From assembly GCF_000150275.1 (NCBI RefSeq), contig NW_002060946.1:3491454-3555453 (forward strand): 64,000 nucleotides of DNA. The letters run 5' to 3'. The notes below the pieces were generated by a model. It was not told the DNA's origin. It saw only the letters and a program-made list of their open reading frames with translations, and made no database searches. Below are positions 53,301 to 64,000 of the stretch, one piece after another (the first letter of the stretch is position 1; each line of letters opens with the position of its first letter). The DNA comes from Trichoplax adhaerens. Its lineage: Eukaryota > Animalia > Placozoa. Both the position numbers and the translations under genes were made by a program.

Positions 53301-56300
53301 CCTTTTAGTTCTTCGCACTATTCAGAATGTAAAGATTTAAAATAGTATTTATTATAGTTCACGGTATAAGAACGTTGTATAGTGCTACACTGTAATATAT
53401 TCTAGAATATCATCTAATAGTGACGCATAGCAAGGGATACTACATTACTTAATACCGCTATTATGTTCATATATAGTGTAAATATATATACATAACTTAA
53501 CATAAATGTACGTAAGTATGCATATTGATAAAAAATTGACTAGTACTGCACATTTACTCATAGTATTAAATAGTGATAACTTTATTTATGAACATTATAC
53601 TACTAAGATGTACCTTAAATTTAACGTTTGAATTAGATAAATTGTTAAAGATGAAATGGAATTTATCCTGAGTAGCATTCGGAGGTTGCTCGAACGGAAC
53701 ATCAATCGCAGCCAGGAGAGTACCAATATTGGTAGCACCGGCGATGGATAGTGTTTGTTCAACAGGTGGTTTCATAACTGTTGATATCACCGGCTTCGTT
53801 CCAGAATCTGACATGCTAGATGACACCTGTGCTAATACCTGAGTATTTTGTTCAGAGTCTTCAGTAGTAGCTGGTTGTACAGGAGGCTCTTGAGATTGTT
53901 TGCCATATTCTACATAAGCAACCAACGCAGGAGGAAATTCACGAAAGTGAGGAATAACAGCAAGATGATCACAATATTTTGGATAATCTTTTAATCTATT
54001 TTTAAATCTGTCCAAAGCTGTAATACCAAATTTATGCATTTTACTATTTGGAGGCTTTTTTAACGCTTCTAAAACATATCTTAGCGCTACGCCTAAATCC
54101 ATATAAGTCACCAAACCCTGCTCTATAATTCCACCAAATAAGACTGCCGTAGTATGCAACTCCAAATCAGGATACTGCGGAAAATATTTATATTCTTCGA
54201 TTAAATTACGTAACATACAATGGAAGATATCATTTTCCTTTTTTACAGTTGAATCTTTGAATTTTTTCAATAAACTCAACATTTCATTAATAGAAATTGT
54301 AGGTTCTGGAAGACGATTGTATAATTTTTGAAAGTAAGCGTTAGCTTCATCTTCTACGCTCTTAGTAAAAGTATTATCTGCACCTGACCATACAGCTGAT
54401 AAATCGGAAACTGTAGGATGCGATTGAGGGTTTGAACTTGATGGCTGATTGATGACCGAAGCCTTAGTTTCACTAGGTTTTGGAATATTAATCGCCTGAG
54501 ATGGTTTCTTTGTATGCATAGGAGTATGATTAGCGATCATAAGCTTAACCGCTTTCGTGTTCTCCTCATCGATACTTCCTAACTGACTTTGTAGAACGAT
54601 TAACATAGTTGTAACAGTATCTGTCGGTAAAATAGCACTCTTAGGTAAATCTCTTCCACTATTTTGCGAGATTAGCAAAGAAGGCGCTCTTCTATCTAGA
54701 AATGAAATGCAAGCTCGAATGAATTCATCTTTATGTTCTTTCATCTTGTCGGTCATCCATTTATCTAATTTTAGGTACTCTCGTCTAGCGGCTAATGCCG
54801 CTAAATCGATTACAAAGGGGAAAGGACCAGTATTAAGCAAAAGAGATAGAGCCTTGAGATCCTGTGAAACATCTAGTATTCTCGATAGTCTTGTTTGATC
54901 AAAAGGATCGTCTTGCATATACCAATTCGCCATACAATGCAAAATCAATTGACGAATAGATGCTGACTGTCCCTGACCATGCCATGCGTAGTGAAGAACA
55001 CTTGAAGAGTTTGGGTGATTGCCTAAGAAAACGGGCATAATCATTGCAACTAATTCGTTTCTTAGTGTATGCCAAGTAGGGTTAGTTTGCAGTAAAGATA
55101 ACAAAAGAACATCAGGGCAAATTTTTGCTGGGTAAGCAAATAATGATAGTACCCGATCGTAGTGGCCACATTCGCCAAGTCTTAGCAATGTTTCTACTAA
55201 ATTTAGTGACTGCCAATTTGCGATATGTTTATTTCCCTCTTCTGGAGGAGCCTTTAATATATCAGTAACAACGGTATGACATGGATAATCTCCAAAGCAC
55301 AATACTTCAGGGTGACGCAGTGACTGCTCAATGAATGATAGCTGGCCTTCAGTATTCTTCCAATTTCGATAAATGAGATCTATTGGAAATGTATCCTGCT
55401 GACCAATACGATAGGCATGTAAAATTAAACGGAGTCCTTCTACATCAGAGATAACAAACCCAGGATAATCTAGCTTAGCAATTACTTCCATCCAGTTCAT
55501 GGACGGGACTACATCTTTAACAGCTTCAATAAAGACAGTAACATTCCAAGAATTACTAGATGATGATAAATCTTGCTGTTTTTCCTTTTCCCAGGAATTA
55601 GTATTATTAGTTAAATTTTGGATGGGCATCTGATCAGCAGCATTACATGTTCGAATCATTATTCCAAGTACTTTTGCGACTGCAGCCGGTTTCAAAGTCT
55701 CGTAAGGTATCAAATCTAATACTTTCTTTGCCTCTTCGATGCTATAGTTATTAGATTTATTTGTTAATGATATCATTTTGACACATTCAGGATAACAACG
55801 CACTAATAAATTAAATATATTTATTGATAAGTCTGTATAAACCTCGCACAGCAACCATAACCAATTTCTGCCATGATATCACATAGTTCATCTTTTATCT
55901 AAGATTATAGAGGTGAAGGTAACAAATCGCATATATCGTTAAGGCAAGAATGACTTCAAATTACTAAATCAACTTATACGCATTCTTACCGGAATACTAC
56001 TAAAACCAGTAGATTTTAATAAATTTCTGAAATAAAAAAGTTACACTGTGAAATGTGATACTCTACATTTTAGTATATACGCAATTTCTATTTACATATC
56101 GCTGTCAGTTGTCGTATAGTCATGGTACAGTAGTGGATCGAGAAGGATTGGTACTCTGTCTCTTGGAAAGTCTATCAATTGATATAAAGTTTAAACCATA
56201 AGAGTCAATTTCCAAAGTAAACTTTTCTATGATAGCGCTAACAATCTATGTAATCATTATTTCAACTTAAAAGCATCTTACTGTCACTTAAAATTGTTTA

Positions 56301-59300
56301 ACTAGCTTATTTATAAGATCTTTCAAGTTGAATATTACTAACAACAATTATGCGTATACGATACCTTGTCTTAACATCTCAATAAAAGCGTCTGCTTGGG
56401 TATTACTAATTCCGGTTTTTTCTGAAGAGTTATCAATGATATAGCAGAGTAGCTGATGTATCACTTCTACTGCTATATCACCTAGGCCATCTTCGTTGCT
56501 ACCAACATCTGATGATATAACAAATTTGGTAAAAGACAGATTAAATTGTAAATATATTGTTAGCATGTAACTCTACTTGGGTAATTTTACTGATAACTGG
56601 CGATTCATCCAACTACTATTGCTATATGCAAATTATACAATTTCTACACGTTGTATTACGCAACTCTTCAATGCTAAGTTGTGAAATAAATTTAAAGAAA
56701 GGTACTATCATATGCAGATTTAAAGTAACACAGACTCGAAAAGCTCATATACACGTATCATCTTACCGGAATCAATGTAAGACTGTAACAGTTCTGGTAA
56801 TTTTTCCTTTAAAAACCTTTCCGCTAAAATAAATTAGAAGGGATAATATTACTGTATCATTCCATACTAAACCATTCACTTAAACGACACAAAAAAAAAT
56901 CTTAACCCTAACAGATAAGCAATATTATTATTATCTGTAGACTATACCTTGTGTTTTCAGTTCAATATTAGATGCATGGATTAAGCCCAACCCTATTACA
57001 ATCTATTTTAATTACAGTTTTAATAATTAATATTGATACTATGACAATCGTGTTTAAGAAATCAAACATTTATCTTGCAGACATAAAAGTAGCCAAGATT
57101 AGTGTAAGGTACCTCTTGAATTTTGCTTAGTTTCAAAACTTGGCTTATTCGGGATAATAACTGAGGTGACGGTTGAAGGCTCTGAAAGTAATGAACATGA
57201 TAATTTAGAATGGGAATAAAAATGTTGTAGTATGATATTCAAATGTTCATTAATCCAGAATGTAGATTTTCAATCGGATTCAAGTCAATTTTGATAGTTA
57301 ATACTTTTTTCAATCCATCATCCTTCAATCCAGTTTTGGCACATACGTCTATAACGTTGCAACGTACAGTTTAATTTATCATTTATTAATGCTCACCTTT
57401 TGTTTGGGCAAAGGTTCATCTATGGCGTAGCTTAAGATAGTTGCTACATTAGCTTTTGTAACTAAACCGCTACACTCTTGCGATAACAGCTGGATCTAGA
57501 TAAAGATACACGAAGATAACATTATGCCACTAGAAATAACGGTAGTTCTTTATCATGTATCGTCCTGGTTAAAAGGTCGATTCCTTGTACTGAATTTTAA
57601 ATAAAACGTCTAATTGTACTTGTCAGTATGTATCAGTTCAAATCAGTCAACATCAGGCGGCCACTTAATGTGAAAAGTAGATCATGGCTTGATGAGCAAT
57701 TGCCAGCTTGGAATAACAAATTTGCGTGCTAACATCACTCTTTATTGTTGGTATTTCTTTTATTGCTGACCTCTACGCTGTAGTTTTACTTACAGCTTAG
57801 TTCTATTTTTTAGCGACTTAGAACATTACATGTTCACATAATAGCTATTGTATAGTACAGCGGAGGATAAGAGTGTACAGTAAATAGCACGGTTGATTGC
57901 TGATACAATTGGTGTAGACGACTACTAAGCTGTTATGTATAGCACTACTGTGCCGTCAACTATTACTATTGCAGCCGAGAGGTACTCATACATACAATAC
58001 TACAATTTACTCACGTAAATTTGGCAACAGTTTTGATAGAACTGCAACACAAAGACAAAAGATACCCAGCTAGTTTTACTGTATAACATAATAATTTTAT
58101 GATTTCTACTCTGCTTCCCTTCATTTCGACGTGATTCATTACTGATTTACTGTACAGTATCCCACTCGTTGCAGGCTTGCAATTGGTGATTGATGAGAAA
58201 ATGGAATGTTCAAATTGATAGAGAAGTATTGACTAAGGACAGCATTATACGTTACATACTATAAAATATAGCATACCTGATAGAAATCTTTACCGCTACC
58301 TTTATTATCCGCGTTGAAATCAATTTGTGAGAATAAAACACGGTACAAATGTTTCTCCGCTTCGGTGCCATAGCGTTCAACAAGCTATAGATACATATTA
58401 AGAAAACAGAAGAGAAATTGAGATGTAATATTGTATGTCCAGATTCAGTTACGCATCATTTTTTTGCTTCTCCACTAGGCAATACTGTAGTAACAACAGT
58501 ATTCCTGGGACAGTCTAGATATTAAGAGGATTTCACAATTTCATTCTCATACTACCCAGTGATGGCGTGATAGCGTACAAGTAGTAATATTTAGCTGCAA
58601 GATTTGTGCCATGAAATACTAATAATTATTACATAGAGAATTGCTGTAATTATAGTCTCCATTGCCTATCTTGGTAGCCGGCATTGAACGAGTGACTTTG
58701 AAGATTGAATCGATTACTACAGTATGAAGTTGCAGTTACAGAATTACGTACAGTACTGTACTCTGGTTCTAGTGTCTACAGTACTGTACAACTACGGACA
58801 CTCAAAGTGTACTGTACACTGTACAGTACTGTACGCGTACTGTACGCCCAGTACGGCCAGTCTACAACACGACTGGATTTGAACATACCGTGCCCTGTAC
58901 AGTACACTATAGTTCAGTACTAAATCCATAAGCTTCATGCCTAAAATGGGTCCGCAAAAATGCTGGAAAAAAACGGAATAGCTAGCGATGATCAAGTGTA
59001 TAACATGTATGAAGAAATGACTTTTGGCATCCACTATTCTTTGACTCTACAGTAATAACAAAACAAAGATGAACACAAATTCTTGGCAGTAGAATCGCTG
59101 TTTCCCTACTAATAATATAGCTACGGTTTTCTTAATGTCAGGCCTCGGATTTGAACTCACTTGATTCACAGGATATATATTCTCATGTACTGTACAGTAT
59201 GTGCACTTTACTTCAAAGCTGTGAACAAAACAATATACAATAGACAGGAACAGTATAGTATGTATGTGTAGGAATCATTGACATTAAGAGATCGCAGAGA

Positions 59301-60356
59301 ATCTTGAACGATAAAATCTATTTGAAGTTACATTATGTGGGGGATAGACATGTTGTAATATACATATATATACGTCGCCAAGAAGATAAGTGTCAAAAGT
59401 GGTTCATTCACCAAAATTTCAATCAACTATACAGTACAGTACTGTGTAGCATGGACTACTCAATCTTACGGTAAAATTGAGTCATCCATGTGTGTGTAGT
59501 GTCTTGAAGTTAGCAGAGCCGTAGCTGTTTTCAAGAATCAAAATACGGCAGATAGGAATAAGCATCAAGATACGCGTGGTTGTACTACTCTATCTTGGCA
59601 TAGCGTAAAGAAGTATAATACTCATCTAACCTAAAGAAGTAAATCGTTTGTAACCATCACCATTGCAATAACTGACAGTAAGCTATCCTCAAGATTGATG
59701 ATTAGACTATGATTGCCACTTCTAAACACTACGAAACGTACACCACACAAGACAATAAACGGACCACTACAACAAGGTTGGCAAAGTTACGTACGGCAGT
59801 GCAATTGAGCTATCTTTATTATATCGTCGTATAAACGAATAACTCTCTAATCTAACCAACCTACACTTTGATCTTACTGCACAATTGGAATTGAAAAGAT
59901 GGTCTATTGCCTATTACAAGCATATCAATCGAATATTGGGGTATAAAGGCCTTTGAACAAATGAGACAAAATTTGAATGCACGCAAGTACTCAACACTGT
60001 ACCGTGTATATTGTATGTCCTATCGAAAATGTAGAATGTTTGTATGCATAAAAGTCAAATTAGGAAGCATTAGAGTAAAGTTAATGAACCTAGAATAGGC
60101 TGTAGTTGACAGAATGAAGCTATCTTCAATCCAAGAATGTAATACCGTTTATTGGTATTGGTAAGTTTGCATTTTCCAGTCAAAAATCATGCAAGTTCAA
60201 GTCTGTACTTTCACGCTTTAACGAATCTATGGTAAGATAGTAAGTAGACCGTACCTGAGCTAATTCAAGTGTGTGCGACTTGGCAGTTTTCTTATTTAAA
60301 TTAGTTACCAAATGGGTAATTTGTGAAAGTGCTAAGGACAGTGGATCCGTGTCCAC
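47360..60356 (-). CDS. CNOT1: CCR4-NOT scaffold subunit 1, multi-exon; apparent start codon is GTG
   Basis: First coding exon 60356-60255 [34 protein letters not shown]. Exon 58384-58277 [23 protein letters not shown]...SGKDFYQ. Large exon 55741-53614 with [20 protein letters not shown] and [11 protein letters not shown]-terminal [36 protein letters not shown] and LFESVARSC. Stop 47362-47360. Confidence 0.96.
58749..58920. repeat. Cluster of TA-delimited CAG/CTG/CACTG modules (ACAGT-type simple repeat) in a CNOT1 intron
   Basis: For example, 58810-58844 reads TA-CTG-TA-CACTG-TA-CAG-TA-CTG-TA-CGCG-TA-CTG-TA. Confidence 0.85.
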
Positions 60357-60423
60357 GACAAATGTCTAAAGGGAGTTTTATCACATTAATCCACTTTGAT
60401 CCGTTGAACTCGATTGTAGTCAG

Positions 60424-60757
60424 TACAGTCATGGACTTCTACTGTACAGTACAGTAACTGTAATTGGGTAGTAAACGTGTCGACTTGGGTGTGGTTTACG
60501 ATACTGTGAGCCAAACTTTTCACTGCGTAGTGGCCTGTACAGCATACAGTACTGTGTTTTCCACACACTGCGTGTACTGTACTGTACAGTACATTACCAT
60601 ATCCAGCATTACTGTACTGTAGTAGAAATTGCTGGTAGTACGGTAGAGTACTGTACTGTACAGTGTACAGTACAGTACTGAAAGCGTTGTCACTCTTCTC
60701 TTCCATTTTGTATTGTAATTACAGTACTGTACAGTACAGTACTGCACCGTGTACAGT
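60424..60757. repeat. Dense cluster of TA-delimited modules just upstream of the first CNOT1 coding exon
   Basis: For example, 60639-60677 reads TA-CGG-TA-GAG-TA-CTG-TA-CTG-TA-CAGTG-TA-CAG-TA-CAG-TA. Confidence 0.85.
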
Positions 60758-60797
60758 GAAAAGTCTTCTGCTCCTAGTTTTGCCAACCAATACTGTC

Positions 60798-60950
60798 CAG
60801 TAGGCCCAGCCATAATAACCCCGATTACTCAGATTAGACCTGACTCAGACACTCAGCGTTAATAGCTTTGACAATAATGTACTGTATCATCGTTTAGGCT
60901 ATTTACGCTGAGTATCTGAGAAATCGGGGTTATTATGGCTGGGCCTACTG
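60798..60950. mobile_element. Tc1/mariner-type MITE, copy 1 (153 bp)
   Basis: TIR CAGTAGGCCCAGCCATAATAACCCCGATT... / ...AATCGGGGTTATTATGGCTGGGCCTACTG; right flank TA (left flank TC); nearly fully palindromic; no coding capacity. Confidence 0.8.
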
Positions 60951-61144
60951 TACAGTATCATTACTCATGCAATTCAAAAAGTCTTCTGCTCCTGGTTTTG
61001 CCAACCAATACTGTACAGTGTACAGTAATACGCAATCTGAGAAATCGGGGTTATTATGGCTGGGTCTACAGTGTACAGTACTGTATCCATTATTCATGCA
61101 TTTCAAAAAGTCTTCTGCTCCTGGTTTTGCCAACCAATACTGTA

Positions 61145-61292
61145 CAGTAAGCCCAGCCATAGTAACCCCGATTACTCAGATCAGACCTGACTCAGATACT
61201 CAGCGTTAATAGCTTTGACAATAATGTATCATCATTTAAGCTATTTACGCTGAGTATCTGAGAAATCGGGATTATTATGGCTGGGCCTACTG
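61145..61292. mobile_element. Tc1/mariner-type MITE, copy 2 (148 bp)
   Basis: TA at 61143-61144 and 61293-61294 flank CAGTA...TACTG TIRs of about 37 bp. Confidence 0.83.
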
Positions 61293-61483
61293 TACAGTAT
61301 CATTACTCATGCAATTCAAAAAGTCTTCTGCTCCTGGTTTTGCCAACCAATACTGTACAGTGTACAGTAATACGCAATCTGAGAAATCGGGGTTATTATG
61401 GCTGGGCCTACAGTGTACTGTATGACCATTATTCATGCATTTCAAAAAGTCTTCTGCTCCTGGTTTTGCCAACCAATACTGTA

Positions 61484-61631
61484 CAGTAAGCCCAGCCATA
61501 ATAACCCCGATTACTCAGATTAGACCTGACTCAGATACTCAGCGTTAATAGCTTTGACAATAATGTATCATCGTTTAAGCTATTTACGCTGAGTATCTGA
61601 GTAATCGGGGTTATTATGGCTGGGCCTACTG
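61484..61631. mobile_element. Tc1/mariner-type MITE, copy 3 (148 bp)
   Basis: TA at 61482-61483 and 61632-61633; 37-bp TIR with one mismatch; inner arms ACTCAGCGT.AATAGCTT / AAGCTATT.ACGCTGAGT. Confidence 0.83.
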
Positions 61632-62545
61632 TACTCTACAGTATCATTATTTATGCATTTCAAGAAGTTCATGGCCCTGTGTACTGTACAGTACAGTACA
61701 ATACGCCAACATGCATGATGATGACTGCACTGGAATAAAAGCGTACAGTATTAATCAGCCGTGCCAAATGACAAAACTACTGCCAATATTAATTAATTTC
61801 AATTTCAATCTGGAATTTTATTTGATAAATCAATTGGATGGTTTTACTCTACAGTATCTCACAATTTAGGAAAATTTTCTCAATCTGATTCACATCGAAA
61901 TCTTCAAGCCTTCAATCGAATTTTTCTAATCTCCTTTTCATTCATGAATATGTTTCTAATCAATAGGGTTGCTGCAAGTGTTTACTATACGGTTGTTCGT
62001 CAGAAATCAATTTCAATTGAATTCATTCACTATACTGTACAGCGCAGTGTACAATGGACTTTACTGTGTTTCGGCAATCAGCAGTTGGCAATGGATGAGG
62101 TACTGCACAGCAAGTCTCCATTTAACGTCAATTTGGTCGAGTCCCTAATTATAGTCCCTGATTATACAGTATATTACGTGTATAACATAGACATTACATA
62201 GATTGCATTACGTATATACTGTGTATATTATAGCACAGTAGTTCATTACTTCATTCATCCTGATTGTAAATTCTAAATTTTGAATAGGTAAAGTGTATAT
62301 CCATATGCTTTATACATCGCCGTACGTTACGGCAAATAGTATAACATAGATATAAAAAAAATATATATATATATATAGCGAATAGCTACGGCACAGGTAG
62401 ATAGCTGTATATTACGTAATATGCATGCCCATTGCGCCAATTTCTAGAATTGTCCTAGGAATTTCTCTGCACAAAACCAAAATAATGAGCGTAACACTGG
62501 CTGCAACGAAACTGCAAATATCTGCAGCTATTTTTTATTTTGCAG

Positions 62546-62740
62546 CAATGGCTAACTACAGAGTTGAAAACTCGACTCGAAAAAGCGAAAGAGAGCCTGT
62601 TTGGAAATTTGTTCGTGGCTGATGCTTGTCAGTTGTCACAGAGATCATTGATTGGAGATCTCGATGATGTGATTGCGACCAAGCGTAAAGCAGCAGTCGG
62701 CACTAGTACATTATTGGAAAGGATTGCAGACGGACGATAG
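62546..62740 (+). other. Possible terminal coding exon of an unidentified gene
   Basis: Strong acceptor TTTTTTATTTTGCAG ending at 62545, then 64 open codons (QWLTTELKTRLEKAKESLFGNLF...IADGR*). No homology recognised and no upstream exons established. Confidence 0.25.
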
Positions 62741-62908
62741 CATTACTGTACCACTCCTTTGCTCAACTATCCATAATAGAAAGAGCAAATATGAATATGT
62801 ATTTATTCGGGATTGCACTCATACCCATTTTTTAACCCGCTAATGTGCAGGGCATGTGCTACTTGCTGAGTCCAGAACGTATCCGTATTTTGCAGCACAC
62901 TGCAAGAT

Positions 62909-63092
62909 ACTGTACTGTACAGTGTCCAATGTGCACACCACGGTCACTACAGTAGTGTCGAGGTTGATACTTGGACTGCATTACTACTACTGTACTGAGG
63001 GGTAGTCAATCCCGTTGGCACAGTACAGTACGGTACAGTGTACAGTGTACAGTATTTACATCCTGTCAGAGGAGTACTGTAACTGTACTGTA
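62909..63092. repeat. Cluster of TA-delimited modules
   Basis: 63024-63054 reads TA-CAG-TA-CGG-TA-CAGTG-TA-CAGTG-TA-CAG-TA. Confidence 0.85.
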
Positions 63093-64000
63093 TCAACATG
63101 AAGGAACTCAACAGTGAGCGAGCGAACCGAACCTTAAGGGGAGGCTGCGACGAGTGAATTTCTTCAAAAGGGGCAGAAAAAACGTGTACTGTATATATAG
63201 TCGTCAACAGGTTTCTTGGACTACTGTATTCATACTTTGATACGGTAGTCATCATTGCAAAGGCTAGGCAAGATACGATCACTTCTTACAACATTAACTA
63301 TCCATTCTTCTAGCTTTCTATACTAGTACCACATGGACAAGGAAGATTGATTGCAAAGGGTGAAGTACAACAAGTAGCCTTTCCCTTTTGCGGTTTAGCT
63401 CGCTAGCGATAGATTGATAACTCTCTGTTCCAAGCAAGCACTACTGCCGCTGACAACCGTAGACTAACTATATGGTTTGAAGCGTTTGAACCTTGACCGC
63501 CAGTCATTCACTATAGCTATTGCACTCTTCTCCACAGCTATCCTACCGATGGATTGCAAGATAAGGTTAAAATTTGATTTGACAAGAATTAATGTATTAT
63601 ATTATAATTCCAAGATTGTGAATAAATGTTGGATAATTTCATATGTGCATGTGGCAAATGAAGCTTCAATTATCTTTGACATGAATATCTATCCTTTCGC
63701 CCGCGCTACACAATAAAATGCATAATCTCAATCTGATAGACTACTGTAAGACAATCAACTAATTACAGTGCTACTAAGGTTATCCTATGTGATCGCGCGC
63801 TCGTTATGTTACCAACTTAGGATTTAATGGACTTATTTATACGCGTGCTGCAGCTGTAAAATAGTGTCTACTTCACAACTTCGATCCTCACAAGATTAAA
63901 GTACATACTCTCTTGTCATCGTTTTGTATTTCGTCAACGATTAACCATGGTATTTGCAGGGGCATGCTCCGATTAATTACAATGAGTAGCAACAGTCATA

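Larger units (their letters stand above)
60761..61665. repeat. Tandem array with a period of about 340 bp, each unit holding a full MITE, a half MITE and two AAGTCTTCTGCTCC blocks
   Basis: AAGTCTTCTGCTCC at 60761, 60979, 61108, 61321 and 61447. Right-arm-only copies at about 61036-61068 and 61377-61410. Confidence 0.92.

Noticed and set aside
60386-61499. ORFs rich in YSTV/LYCT/TVQY, here and at 58705-59034 and 62947-63282
   Set aside because: Translations of TACAG/TACTG modules and MITE arms, not proteins; no transposase motif is present in the window.
63112-63145. GTGAGCGAGCGAA and TTAAGGGG as parvoviral Rep site or Kolobok/piggyBac end
   Set aside because: Too short, with no partner terminus or associated ORF.

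Overview
AT-rich (roughly one-third GC), intron-dense animal genomic DNA, most likely placozoan (Trichoplax-like); this is inferred from gene compactness, short introns and the pervasive ACAGT/ACTGT motif. Seven genes could be built by hand: NELFCD (+, 375-4515), PSMG2 (+, 6131-9545), a C16orf87/UPF0547 homologue with two AT-hooks (-, 10607-14418), GLG1 with a long repetitive N-terminus (+, 18319-28677), two intronless tandem CPT1 paralogues (+, 36029-38341 and 43511-45814) and CNOT1 (-, 47360-60356). Four young tandem arrays with units of about 195-345 bp lie in non-coding DNA, three of them just upstream of gene starts. One array is built from a 148-bp Tc1/mariner-type MITE (CAGT...ACTG ends, TA flanks). 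Main findings: (1) the abundant ACAGT 'microsatellite' parses as chains of TA-delimited modules (CAG/CTG, CAGTG/CACTG, CGG, CTC/GAG) that match Tc1/mariner excision footprints, and sibling repeat copies differ by exactly such modules; (2) CNOT1 has GTG instead of ATG at the conserved Met1 position, in a strong Kozak context, with no in-frame ATG for about 200 codons; (3) canonical HNF4-type DR1 elements cluster upstream of the CPT1 genes. Homology calls come from recalled protein sequences, not from searches.
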